A stretch of DNA of 64,000 nucleotides from Pseudomonadota bacterium (lineage in GTDB: Bacteria; Pseudomonadota; Gammaproteobacteria; Burkholderiales; Methylophilaceae): assembly GCA_040387515.1 (NCBI GenBank), contig JAZKDP010000016.1, positions 35,735 to 99,734 on the forward strand, read 5' to 3'. Shown here in pieces: positions 19,640 to 30,500 of this stretch. The notes under the pieces are model-generated. The model saw only the letters and a list, made by a program, of their open reading frames with translations. It was not told the origin of the DNA and did no database searches. The translations under genes and the position numbers were made by a program. Position 1 is the first letter of the stretch; the number at the start of each line of letters is the position of its first letter.

Positions 19640-20644
19640 ATGAATGTCATTAATTTAAGTGACCTTTCTACTAGCTGGAACTGGCTGCGTGATGAATTTA
19701 AGCACACCGATGATGAATGGCATCATTACTCAAGTTTAGCAGTTAATCTACCATCATTTTTGCCTAAGAAAGATTCCATTGCCCGAGTTATTGCAGCAAG
19801 CCAAGCTGTAAAATTAGCCAGAAAAAAACCTTCTGTTCTGGTTTCTCACGGTCCAAGACCTAGCTTCTACGCAGGTAAGCTGGCCAAAACTATAAGCCCT
19901 GATACACCACATTTGGCCTACTCATTCAATTTGACTGATTTACCAAAGGGTATCCAACATCGCCTGATGATTAAGGCTTTTCAACAACCGACTAAATTTG
20001 TGACTTATTCAAGCGTAGAGCGCAAACTTTACGCGGATTATTTTGATATCCCAATTGAAAAAATAGACATGTTGCATTGGGCAGTGCATGCGCCAAAAGT
20101 AGATTTAACTGAGTTGCCAATTGAAGCGGGGCGTTACATTTGCGCATTGGGTAGCCAAGGCAGAGATTATGCAACACTTCTCTCTGCCATGAAAAAACTG
20201 CCAAATATTAAGCTGGTGATCGTCGCAAGTCCTGATTCAATATTGGGCTTAACCATACCAGACAATGTAAAAATACATACCAATATTCCGCTAGCACATG
20301 CGCATAATATCCTGGCACATAGCGCATTTATGGCATTACCGCTTAGAGACAGCCAAGTACCTTGTGGCCATGTGACAATTGTTTCTGGCATGTTTTTTAA
20401 TAAAGCAATGGTTGTCACAAACTCACTGGGTGTACAAGACTACATTGAAGATGACAAAACAGGTTTATTTTTCGAATCTAAGAATGTAGATGATTTATCG
20501 AAAAAAATTGAAGCTTTATGGAATGATGAATCTAAAGCTAACCAACTCAGTCAGGCAGGTTTTGCATTTGCCAATCAATATTGCACTCAAAAAACAGCTG
20601 TTGATTACTTCACAGGTTTTTTAGAACAACACGCCAAGACTTAA
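19640..20644 (+). CDS. Glycosyltransferase family 1-like protein
   Basis: GT-B C-terminal features, including an E-x7-E-like stretch (YIEDDKTGLFFE). Confidence 0.5.
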   Translation: MNVINLSDLSTSWNWLRDEFKHTDDEWHHYSSLAVNLPSFLPKKDSIARVIAASQAVKLARKKPSVLVSHGPRPSFYAGKLAKTISPDTPHLAYSFNLTDLPKGIQHRLMIKAFQQPTKFVTYSSVERKLYADYFDIPIEKIDMLHWAVHAPKVDLTELPIEAGRYICALGSQGRDYATLLSAMKKLPNIKLVIVASPDSILGLTIPDNVKIHTNIPLAHAHNILAHSAFMALPLRDSQVPCGHVTIVSGMFFNKAMVVTNSLGVQDYIEDDKTGLFFESKNVDDLSKKIEALWNDESKANQLSQAGFAFANQYCTQKTAVDYFTGFLEQHAKT

Positions 20645-20662
20645 ATTACGGCACTATTAAAT

Positions 20663-21556
20663 TTAAGGCTTGTTGATACCACTATTTATTGCTGGTGTGT
20701 TTTGTATAAAATCAGTAACTGTTTTTAGTAACTCCCCATCGCCGCGCAACGGTTTAGCTAATTTTGCCACCATATCAATGTGTCCATAATTTTCAAATGT
20801 CACTACTTTCACCAAGCCATTATTCTTTTTAATTTTTTCAGCTAAATTGTAGGTGTTGCGTGGCCACACTGTGCCATCTTTTTTACCCACAGCAAGTAGC
20901 ATCGGTGGATTTTTGCCATCCACAAAATTAATCGGTTGAGATTTCCATTGTTCTGACTCTGACCCAAATATAGTTTTTAGCCGTTCTGATTTTAAAGGTA
21001 AGAAATCATAAGGTCCAGCTAGCCCGACTATTCCAGCGAAATCATTGGGTTTAAGTGATTGCTTTGCTAAGTACTCAGCGTTAACGCCCAACATAACGGC
21101 GATATGCGCACCTGCAGAATGGCCTGCTAAAAATACTTGATTAGCATCACCTTGATACTGATGGATATTGCCTTTCACCCATCTTGCAGCCAGTGCAGGG
21201 TCTTCCATAAAAGCTGGGAATAACACATTAGGATAAACGCGATAATCAGGAATAACCACGATAAAACCTTGTGATGCTAAGGCTTCACCTACAAATTTAT
21301 AATCGCTCCTATCCCCAGAATCCCAACTGCCTCCATAAAAAAATATAACCACTTTTCGGACTGTAGAGTTAGACGAAGCAAGCTGATTGGGAACATAAAT
21401 ATCTAACTTTTGTCTAGGCAAATCACCATATGCCACAGTAGATTGCAGTCGATATGTGCTTTCTGGTACGACAGCATTTAAGATTTTAATGGGACTACAA
21501 GCGCTGGCTGTGACAAGCATTGCCAATCCCAGCAGTGATTTGATTGGTTTAAGCAT
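20663..21556 (-). CDS. Secreted alpha/beta-hydrolase (esterase/lipase)
   Basis: Nucleophile elbow GHSAGAH. A signal peptide begins at MLKPIKSLLGLAMLV, so the ORF-track start at 21658 is probably too far upstream. Confidence 0.65.
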   Translation of the reverse strand: MLKPIKSLLGLAMLVTASACSPIKILNAVVPESTYRLQSTVAYGDLPRQKLDIYVPNQLASSNSTVRKVVIFFYGGSWDSGDRSDYKFVGEALASQGFIVVIPDYRVYPNVLFPAFMEDPALAARWVKGNIHQYQGDANQVFLAGHSAGAHIAVMLGVNAEYLAKQSLKPNDFAGIVGLAGPYDFLPLKSERLKTIFGSESEQWKSQPINFVDGKNPPMLLAVGKKDGTVWPRNTYNLAEKIKKNNGLVKVVTFENYGHIDMVAKLAKPLRGDGELLKTVTDFIQNTPAINSGINKP

Positions 21557-21740
21557 TAAAATAGGCTTTAAAATTAATAGGTATGGTTGTTCGAATGGCT
21601 TTGTGGTGCAATTGTTCTGAATACTGTGTTTCCAATATGTTATCTTCAGCACACTCATCGTTATAAGGTAGCCGATGCCATTTAGATTTGCACCACCAAC
21701 ATTAATTACTTATTTTATTAATAACTTATCTATCTCTACT

Positions 21741-23135
21741 TTATTCAATCATCGGCAATTCGATTGTTATCAGCAAACCAGCGTTAGGGATGTTCGCTGC
21801 CGTTACCACGCCCGCATGCGACTCGATGATTTGTTTTGCTATGGCCAAACCTAAGCCATAACCATGCACAGTCTCAGTGGTGTTTGTACGGTAAAATGGT
21901 TTAAAAATCGCATCTAATTCATTCTCATCAACCCCTGCACCAGCATCTTGCACCGACAAAGTCACGCTTGTATTTGCTTGATTAACAGTGGTTGTCAGTT
22001 CAACTATTGTATTCGTAGGCGTATATTTAACAGCATTACGGATAATGTTATCAATCGCACGCTGTAGCAAATCTGACTGTGCTGCTACGATAATTGGTAA
22101 GTTTGGCTTATATTCCACTTTAATATTATCAGTCGCGCCTTCAAAGTTGGCATCTTCCACCAACTCCTGCAACAGTTCATTTAAATCGATGCGCTCTTTT
22201 TGTAGCGCAGTCACGCCAGACTCCAAGCGTGAAAGCGTCAGCAGCTCGCCTACTAGATGATCCATCCTGACCGATTCAGTTTCAATACGATTCAATGAAG
22301 TACTTATTTTTTCATTCATCTGATGCGCCGCATCTGACTGTGTTGATTGTTGTTTAATCAAGCCAATCGCAATTTGCAAACGCGCTAATGGCGAACGCAA
22401 TTCATGCGAAACTTGGTGCATTAAATGTGTTTGGCTTTGAATTAATTGGCTTACACGGCTTACCATCACATCAAAAGCGCTGCCTAAATCGGCCAATTCA
22501 TCACGCCTGCCCTGCATCACTGTTCCCACCCGCGCATCTAAGTTACCATTAGCAGCGCTCTCAAAAGCCAGCCTTAACTGTTTGATTGGTTTAGAAAAAT
22601 ACCAAGCGAGCATGGCAGCAAATATTAAACTGACAAAAATGCCCACAATAAGCGGCATGGCGGGGAATAAGTATTTAAAATTCTGTTGTATTTTTACGCC
22701 GTTAAAATAAGTTGGCGGCGGTCGTTTATTTCGCGGCTCTACAAACAACCAGTAAGCGTGGCCATCATCTGCATGAATTTGTTGAATAGCGCGATTATCG
22801 GTATCAGTGGTTAGCGCGGCCAACGACTCTTTATTAATTCCTTTTGGCAAGTTGCGTTTTAATAAATCAACACCCTCTTCGTTCACTGCATATAGTTGCG
22901 GCATCGGCTCAGTTAACCAAATATCCAGCAAAGATTTGAGCGAAGTGATTCCGCTTATTTTAAGTGTGCTAGCAGCTGCCAACACCATGGTTTTGGCACC
23001 AGGTGCGCTATCAATTAGGCGCCTTTCTCTTTCGCGTTTGTCGTTCACCATACCAATAGCCAGGCTGACCACAAGCACTGCTGTTAATTGTGCAAAAAAG
23101 AAAAATAGAAAAAATTTCCAGTAAAGTCTGCCCAT
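21741..23135 (-). CDS. cpxA: Envelope-stress sensor histidine kinase (CpxA/EnvZ-type: 2 TM, HAMP, HisKA, HATPase)
   Basis: H-box SHELRSPLARL and G-box GYGLGLAIAK are present. It is operonic with an OmpR-type RR and sits next to a divergent CpxP-like gene. Confidence 0.7.
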   Translation of the reverse strand: MGRLYWKFFLFFFFAQLTAVLVVSLAIGMVNDKRERERRLIDSAPGAKTMVLAAASTLKISGITSLKSLLDIWLTEPMPQLYAVNEEGVDLLKRNLPKGINKESLAALTTDTDNRAIQQIHADDGHAYWLFVEPRNKRPPPTYFNGVKIQQNFKYLFPAMPLIVGIFVSLIFAAMLAWYFSKPIKQLRLAFESAANGNLDARVGTVMQGRRDELADLGSAFDVMVSRVSQLIQSQTHLMHQVSHELRSPLARLQIAIGLIKQQSTQSDAAHQMNEKISTSLNRIETESVRMDHLVGELLTLSRLESGVTALQKERIDLNELLQELVEDANFEGATDNIKVEYKPNLPIIVAAQSDLLQRAIDNIIRNAVKYTPTNTIVELTTTVNQANTSVTLSVQDAGAGVDENELDAIFKPFYRTNTTETVHGYGLGLAIAKQIIESHAGVVTAANIPNAGLLITIELPMIE

Positions 23136-23181
23136 AATCGTTTATTTAATGATTAATAATCTATTTTAAGTATTGATAAGG

Positions 23182-23871
23182 CTATTTTAGATATTGGTAA
23201 CCTAGGCGATACACCGTTTGTATCAACTGTTTGCCACCCGCTGCCGCACTTAATTTTTGTCGTACACTACTCATATGCACATCAATATTGCGGTCAAATT
23301 TTGCCATTGGCCTGCCTAGCGCCAGTTCCGATAGCATTTGTTTGCTGACCACGTTTCCCGCACGTTCTACTAACACCTCCAGCAGATTAAATTCGGTGCT
23401 AGTCAATACTAATGGCACACCAGACCATTCCACACGCCGTTGTTCCGGCATTAATGTTAGTTCATTTAGCGTGATGGTTTTGGCGAAATTGGCTTGCGGC
23501 TTTGCTCTACGTAAAATCGCCCTGATGCGGGCAACCAGTTCACGTGGCGTACAGGGTTTTGGCACATAATCATCCGCGCCCAGTTCTAAACCGACGATAC
23601 GGTCTGCGTCATCACCTTTTGCCGTGAGCATAATCACTGGCATGTTGCTGTACGGATTACTACTTTGTCTGATGCGTCGCAATGTATCGATGCCATTTAA
23701 TTTCGGCATCATCACATCCAACACCACCAAATCATAACTATCTGTTTGCAGAACTTGCAATCCAGCCTCGCCATCATGCGCGGTACTGGCAGAAAAGCCT
23801 TCAAGGTCGATATACTCTTTGAGCATCTCAACCAGCTCTACGTCGTCATCTATCAGTAAAATTTTATCCAT
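23182..23871 (-). CDS. cpxR: OmpR/PhoB-family response regulator (CpxR-like)
   Basis: REC domain (LLIDDD…DLVVLDVMMP) plus winged-helix C-terminus (VYRLGYQY). Confidence 0.75.
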   Translation of the reverse strand: MDKILLIDDDVELVEMLKEYIDLEGFSASTAHDGEAGLQVLQTDSYDLVVLDVMMPKLNGIDTLRRIRQSSNPYSNMPVIMLTAKGDDADRIVGLELGADDYVPKPCTPRELVARIRAILRRAKPQANFAKTITLNELTLMPEQRRVEWSGVPLVLTSTEFNLLEVLVERAGNVVSKQMLSELALGRPMAKFDRNIDVHMSSVRQKLSAAAGGKQLIQTVYRLGYQYLK

Positions 23872-23961
23872 GTTTATTTATTTAGACTTGAAATCTTGTA
23901 CTTTAAAGTGTTAACGCATCATAACCAGTCACAAAACCATCAACAAGCTTAATCACCAACC

Positions 23962-23976
23962 TTTACGCAGATTTAC
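23962..23976 (-). promoter_or_regulatory. CpxR-box-like direct repeat (GTAAA-N5-GTAAA on minus strand)
   Basis: TTTACgcagaTTTAC at 23962-23976 in the cpxP/cpxR divergent intergenic region. A third TTTAC is at 23993-23997. Confidence 0.45.
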
Positions 23977-24093
23977 ACACTCTTAACAGCGTTTTACAAC
24001 TAGCGATTGCACAATGGCAACATCCTAAAGCGCAACAGAAATAGGATTTTTGCAACAGACATTTTTTAATGTTAACTAAAAAGGAATAAGCAA

Positions 24094-24636
24094 ATGAAAC
24101 ATCTATCGATTAAACAATTATTAGCGATTTCAACTTTGGCAATTGCCTTGCCATTCTCTGCTTTAAGCCACGCAGAGCCAGGAAAAGATTGCGACAGACA
24201 TGACAACAAGCGTGCTCACAGTTTCAAGCATGGTGGAAATTTTGGCGAATCTGGCACACCGCGCCACTTAAAAGCGCTTAATCTAACGCAAGATCAACAA
24301 GATAAAATCTTTGCGATTGTGCATGAGCAAGCGCCAGAAAAATATACGCAACATAAACAACAACGTGAAACACTAGAAGCGTTGCGCACACTTGCTCAAG
24401 CAGATAAGTTTGACGAAGCTAAAGCACAACAATTAGCAGATCAATTGGGTAAGTTGGGGAAAGAAAAGGTGTTAAGTCGTCTTAAAACTGAAGCTAAAAT
24501 CAACGCGGTTTTAACGCCTGAGCAACGTGCCAAAGCACGTGAATTTAAAGCACCAGAGAATCGTGGGCATGGTAGAAATGAGCCAGCACGCTTTAAACAA
24601 AAAGCGGCGCCAGCGGCAAAACCTGTTAATAGTTAA
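24094..24636 (+). CDS. cpxP: Periplasmic CpxP/Spy-family stress protein
   Basis: Signal peptide and repeated LTxxQ motifs (LNLTQDQQDKIF…, LTPEQRAKAREF). It is divergent from cpxRA. Confidence 0.7.
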   Translation: MKHLSIKQLLAISTLAIALPFSALSHAEPGKDCDRHDNKRAHSFKHGGNFGESGTPRHLKALNLTQDQQDKIFAIVHEQAPEKYTQHKQQRETLEALRTLAQADKFDEAKAQQLADQLGKLGKEKVLSRLKTEAKINAVLTPEQRAKAREFKAPENRGHGRNEPARFKQKAAPAAKPVNS

Positions 24637-24663
24637 TTTTTTATTAACAAAGTGATTTAATAA

Positions 24664-24702
24664 AAAAGCCTGCATAAGATTGAACATGCAGGCTTTTTTG
24701 TA
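24664..24702. terminator. Bidirectional rho-independent terminator
   Basis: AAAAAGCCTGCATaagattgaacATGCAGGCTTTTTT, between convergent genes. Confidence 0.65.
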
Positions 24703-24714
24703 TCCATTTAAACG

Positions 24715-25287
24715 TTAATCACGCTCAAACGCCTCACATAATTGGCTGAGTAATTGACCAAAAAATGGCAATACTTCTTCTTTGCTATGCGGGCTATCAT
24801 CATCGGTGCCTGCGACCACAAAGCTTACCGTTAATTTATCCAGATTCTCTCTAAACTCAGCCCAATGTTCGGCTTCCGCATCGCCAATCAGTTTGAATTT
24901 ATTAAAACCTGACTCAATGATTTCCATCAATTCTGCATCACTAATGCCCGCAAATAAGGTTTTCGCAATAATCACTTGTGCCGCCGTTAAATCTGGCGCG
25001 GCTTCACCCTCTTCTACTAGCTCATGCGTAAGCGGTAGCGTTAAAAACGCGAAAATCAACATGGCGTAAGCTTGATACACGCTTAGCATATCAAAGTTAT
25101 TATGTCGCTCATCCGCAGGCTGGCGCATCGCGGCTTGAATTGCCCTAAACGTAATAAAACTGGTTAAATAATGCGCTGAATCTACTGCATTGTAATCGTC
25201 TAAATTACTATTAGGCTTTGCACCATCGTTAAAGGTATCCGCTAAACATAGCGCATGCAATAAGGTTAATCGTTTTGAATAGTCCAT
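24715..25287 (-). CDS. Hypothetical protein (190 aa)
   Basis: ORF with no recognisable motif. Confidence 0.35.
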   Translation of the reverse strand: MDYSKRLTLLHALCLADTFNDGAKPNSNLDDYNAVDSAHYLTSFITFRAIQAAMRQPADERHNNFDMLSVYQAYAMLIFAFLTLPLTHELVEEGEAAPDLTAAQVIIAKTLFAGISDAELMEIIESGFNKFKLIGDAEAEHWAEFRENLDKLTVSFVVAGTDDDSPHSKEEVLPFFGQLLSQLCEAFERD

Positions 25288-25353
25288 AATTTTATCAATC
25301 CATTCTCTTAATCAGTTTTTAAAATAAATTTTTGGCTGACTAGCCTTAAATGA

Positions 25354-27270
25354 TTAATTTGCAGCTTCAGGCAAAGCCTCTAGTTGTTCGTGCAATTCCA
25401 ACCAGCGCATTTCTGTCGCTTCTACTAAATCCGTCAATTCAGCTTGTCGTTTTAGCAAGTTTTGCAACTCATCTTTATTAGCGTTATCGTACAAATCCAC
25501 ATCCGCTGCTCTGGCGTTTAATACTGCTTTTTCAGCAGCAATTTGTTCAAGCTGCTTTTCTAGTTTTTCAGTTTCTTTTAATAATGGTCTACGCGCCAAA
25601 ATACGCGCTTGGCGCTCTGCCTTACTTTGTGCGTAATCATTCTTTTTAAGTGACGTTTCGGCATTAACTATTTCGTTGTTTTGTGCTTTTGATGCCTGAC
25701 TTTTTGTTGTTGCCAACCAGTTTTTATAGTCGTCTAGATCACCATCAAAAGGTTGGGCAGCGCCGTCAGCGACTAAGACAAAATTATCACAAGTGGCACG
25801 CAGTAAGGCTCTATCATGCGAGACCAAAATCACGCCGCCTTGATAATCTTGCAATGCCAGTGTTAAGGCATGGCGCATTTCTAAATCCAGATGATTGGTT
25901 GGTTCATCCAACAGCAATAGATTGGGTCGCGTCCAAATCAGCAAGGCCAAAGCCAAGCGCGATTTTTCGCCGCCTGAAAAGTTTTCACAGCTGCTTCGTG
26001 CCATGTCGCCTTTAAAATCAAAACCACCTAAATAATTAAGATGTTCTTGCTCCCGCGTTGCTGGGTCTAAGCGCATCATATGTTGCAGCGGCGATTCATT
26101 TGGTCGCAATTGTTCTAATTGATGTTGTGCAAAATATCCAATGTTTAAATCTTTGCCAGTGACACGTTTACCACTTAAGGGCTTTAGCTCATCTGCAAGC
26201 AATTTAATCAGCGTCGATTTACCTGCGCCATTTTTACCCAATAATCCAATGCGCTCACCGGGACGAATCGCTAAAACCACTTTGTTTAAAATAGGTTTAT
26301 CCGCATAACCTGCACTTACGTCATCCAATACCAGCAATGGATCTGGCGCAGATACCGGCGCTCGAAATTCAAAGCTGAATTGTGAATCAATATGCGCTGC
26401 AGAAATCATTTCCATGCGTTCTAAGGCTTTAATACGACTTTGTGCCTGACGCGCTTTGGTCGCCTGCGCACGAAAACGGTCAATATAACTGTGCAGATGC
26501 GCCACTTTACGCTGCTGTTTTTCATGCATGGCTTGTTGCAATGCCAGCTTTTCAGCACGCTGGCGCTCAAAGTCACTATAACCGCCGCGATATAACGTAA
26601 TGCGTTGCTGCTCAATGTGCAGCACATTATCAATCACGTTATCCAGAAAATCGCGATCGTGCGAAATAAGTAACAGCGTTCCGCGATAGTCGCGTAACCA
26701 GCTTTCCAGCCAAATCACCGCATCCAAATCCAAATGGTTGGTTGGTTCATCCAGCAATAATAAATCGCTGCGGCACATCAACGCGCGCGCTAGATTCAAT
26801 CGCACACGCCAACCACCAGAGAAATCACTTACAGGGCGCGTTAAGTCTGACTGGCTAAAACCCAAACCATCCAACAAACTGGATGCGCGCGCTTTGGCAG
26901 AATAGCCTTCGATATCACTTAAACGCTGATGCAATTCAGCAATTTTTTCGCCTTGATGATGGGTTTCTGCGGCTTGCAATGCGGCTTCCACTTCGGTTAA
27001 TTCTGCATCACCCTCTAAGGTAAATTGCAAGGCGGCCAAATTTAAGCTGGGCGTTTCTTGCGCAACGTGCGCGATTACCCAATTAGGTGGAATTTCCAAA
27101 TCACCGACTTCTTGCTGCAGCTCACCACGCAATAAGGCAAAAATGGATGATTTACCAGCGCCATTTGCGCCGATCAAGCCAACTTTGTGACCCGGATGCA
27201 ATTGAAAAGCTGCCGCTTCTATCAGCACTTTTACACCGCGAGTTAAACTTAAATTTCTAAATTGAATCAA
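25354..27270 (-). CDS. ABC-F family ATPase (Uup/YheS-like; two ABC domains plus C-terminal coiled coil)
   Basis: Two Walker A motifs (GANGAGKSS, GKNGAGKST) and two signature motifs (FSGGWRVR, FSGGEKSR). There is no transmembrane domain. Confidence 0.85.
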   Translation of the reverse strand: MIQFRNLSLTRGVKVLIEAAAFQLHPGHKVGLIGANGAGKSSIFALLRGELQQEVGDLEIPPNWVIAHVAQETPSLNLAALQFTLEGDAELTEVEAALQAAETHHQGEKIAELHQRLSDIEGYSAKARASSLLDGLGFSQSDLTRPVSDFSGGWRVRLNLARALMCRSDLLLLDEPTNHLDLDAVIWLESWLRDYRGTLLLISHDRDFLDNVIDNVLHIEQQRITLYRGGYSDFERQRAEKLALQQAMHEKQQRKVAHLHSYIDRFRAQATKARQAQSRIKALERMEMISAAHIDSQFSFEFRAPVSAPDPLLVLDDVSAGYADKPILNKVVLAIRPGERIGLLGKNGAGKSTLIKLLADELKPLSGKRVTGKDLNIGYFAQHQLEQLRPNESPLQHMMRLDPATREQEHLNYLGGFDFKGDMARSSCENFSGGEKSRLALALLIWTRPNLLLLDEPTNHLDLEMRHALTLALQDYQGGVILVSHDRALLRATCDNFVLVADGAAQPFDGDLDDYKNWLATTKSQASKAQNNEIVNAETSLKKNDYAQSKAERQARILARRPLLKETEKLEKQLEQIAAEKAVLNARAADVDLYDNANKDELQNLLKRQAELTDLVEATEMRWLELHEQLEALPEAAN

Positions 27271-27549
27271 TACAATTCCAGTTGATAACTAGTAAAACGA
27301 AACCGACGAACTATTTAGCAGGCGAATTCGTCAAAAGGCGTTATTCTAAAGCAATCTGCATGAATTTTTATCAGAATATCCGCTTAAAGCATGTTTACGT
27401 TTTGTTTACGTGTAATCGTCTAATTTTCAAGTAAAATAATGACTTAAATACGCGTATTAACTCTATAAAACCGACTAAATACGCTTTGCCAATTCGCAAT
27501 CAACCGTTTAGAAAATACCCATTCATTTAGAAATGACAATACCCAAAAA

Positions 27550-30500
27550 ATGATTACCATTAAAAAAATAGCTCGCTGGGTGTTGTATGTCTTTGCTTTG
27601 TTGCTGGGGCTGATTGTAGTAGCGGCACTGGTAATACGCTTTATGATTTTTCCTAATATCGGCCAATACAAGGACGATATTGCGAACTTTGCAGCAAAAA
27701 CGATTGGACAAAAAGTATCCATTGGCGAAATCGTTACGGGTTGGGATGATATTTCACCGCACGTTGCGCTCATCAACGTCGATGTGTTTGATGCAGAAAA
27801 TCGCGTTGCGCTGCATTTAAATAATGTAGAAGCCAGCCTGTCATGGTTAAGCGTACCTTTGCTTCAACCAAGATTAACCGAGCTACAGATACATAATCCT
27901 GCATTGACTATCAGACGCAATGCAGACGGCAGCATCTACTTGGCAGGTATCAATCTGGCGGGTGAATCTAAACCTGATTTTGCCAATTGGTTACTAAAAC
28001 AACGCAGCGTAGAAGTTAAAAATGCGCAGATTATTTGGCAGGACGATTTGCGTCAAGCACCTGCATTATCATTAAAAGAATTCAATTTAACGCTGACTAA
28101 ACCTTTATTAAACAGCCTATTGAGACAACACACCTTTGAAATATCCACCCTACTTTCAACGGGTACACAGCAAAAAATAACAGCCAGCGGTCATTTTATT
28201 GGCAACGATGTTGCCGAGTTAAACACTTGGTATGGCGATGTTGTGGCTGAACTGACTCAAACAGAATTAGCCGCTTTTAAACCTTGGCTGGATTATCCCG
28301 TCAATATTCAAAGTGGTTTAGGCAACGCAAATATCACACTAGCTTTTGCAAACGCGCAAATTCAAAATGTGAAGACAAATGTTGGCATTAGCAACTTGGC
28401 GGTTGTTACCAAAAATGAAACCACACCGTTAATTGCGACAAAATTTTCTGGCGATTTACTGTGGAGCAAGTTAAAAAATACGCAAACTTTTAACGCGAAA
28501 AATATTCAACTTAACACCAATACTGGCTTGAGTATTCGCAATGGCAGCGCAACCTACATCAGCTCTATAAAAAACAATCAGCCTTGGATTAAAGCCGATG
28601 TCCGCTTAGATCAATTTAACTTGGCAATGTTAAAACAAGTTTCATCGCACATTAGCTTGCCACAAAATATAGTGATGCAACTGAATGGATTTTCGCCAGT
28701 TGGTGCTCTGCAGGCAGTGCATTTAAGTTGGGAAGGTAGCGCGAAAAAGCCTGAGCACTATTTAGTGAATACACAATTCAAGCAGTTGGGTATTCAAGCG
28801 TTTCAAAAAATACCTGGTTTTAGCAATTTGACAGGTACGATTCAAGCGGATGAAGATGGCGGCAAACTCACACTTGCATCACAAAATGCCACGCTGGATT
28901 TTAAAGATATTTTACGCTGGCCGATTCCTGCAAGCCAATTAAAGGGTGAAGTGGATTGGAAAGTTCGTCAAAATAAAATCCACATCGCTGCCAAAGAGAT
29001 TTTCATTTCCAGTCCGCATATTACAGGAACAGTTAACGCCAGTTATGACATGAATGGCATCAAAGGCGGCTATTTAGATTTAACTGGGAAATTCGGCAAA
29101 GGTGACGCGAAATACGCACCATTTTATTATCCAACTATATTGGGTGAAAGCACCATACATTGGCTGGACACGTCAATATTGGCGGGCCGTGCAGAAGACG
29201 TTTTACTCAGAGTGAAAGGCAATTTGGCTGATTTTCCTTTTGTCGACAAGCAAAACAAGCCCGACACTCAACTAGGGATATTTAAAGTCACAGCCAAAGT
29301 TAGCGACGCATTGTTGGAATATGGTACTGGCTGGCCTGTTATTGATCAGTTAAATTTAGACCTATTGTTTGAAGGCAATCGCATGTTGCTTGAGGCAAAT
29401 TCCGGTCGTATTTCTGGCAAAAAGATCATTAAAAGCCGTGCAGAAATTGCGCAGCTAGATGCAGATTGGCCTATCTTACACATTGTAAGTGAAGCAGAAG
29501 GTTTGGTTTCTGATGGCATTAAATTTGTGAATGAAAGCCCTGTTAAGCAAGTGACCTTAGGATTTACGGACAACCTTAAAACGGCTGGCCGTGGCAACTT
29601 ACAATTAACGCTGGATATTCCGCTAGAAGATTCTGAGCAAGCAAAATATAAAGGGCTGTATAAAGTCAGTAACGGCACTATTTTTACCAATACAGAATTG
29701 GGCATACCCGAATTAACCAAGTTAAATGGCAACTTAATTTTTAACGAAAATGGTTTGTCCGCTAACAATATTACTACCGAAGTATTAGGTGGTCCTGCGC
29801 AATTCAGCCTGAATACTGGCGCTGACAAGGTGATTAAAGTGATCGCCAGCGGCAAGGTGAATGATGCTGGCATTAAAAAGCTCAGTACAATTGCACTCAC
29901 AAATCACATCACAGGCAACGCAAATTGGGCGGGCGAAATCGCCATTCACAATTCATTGGTCGATTTGAACTTTCGCTCAAACTTGGTAGGCTTAAACATT
30001 GACCTTCCACCGCCATTTAACAAATTAGCTACACAAGAAATGCCAATTAGTATTGATAAAAAACAGACGGTTATTGATAGCGATGCAATCAATATTAACT
30101 ATGGCCAACTCGTATCAGCAAAAATACTACGTAGCTTAAAATCACAACAACTTGCATTTAATCGCGGTGACATCGGCATCAATACTGCTGCCGTTAATCC
30201 TTCGCAACAAGGATTATCGATACATGGAAAATTGGATGAATTGGATGTAGATGAGTGGTTAACACTGCTAAGTGAAAAATCATCCACACAAACGAGTATC
30301 AACAATTCAGCTAGCAATAATACCGATTTAAACATCATCACCAAAGCCGATTTGACCGTGCAAAAACTGACTATTTTTGACCGCTCAATTAATGCGCTCA
30401 AATTAACGGCTCAACCCAATGCAACTGGTTTGAAAATGGGCATAGATTCGACGGAAATGAGTGGTGATGTTGAATGGCAAGGCGAAGACAGTGGCAAAAT

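Noticed and set aside
27444-27776. Minus-strand ORFs (27444-27776, 27523-27711) upstream of and overlapping yhdP
   Set aside because: They overlap the yhdP start and the promoter region, and their low-complexity translation suggests non-coding sequence.
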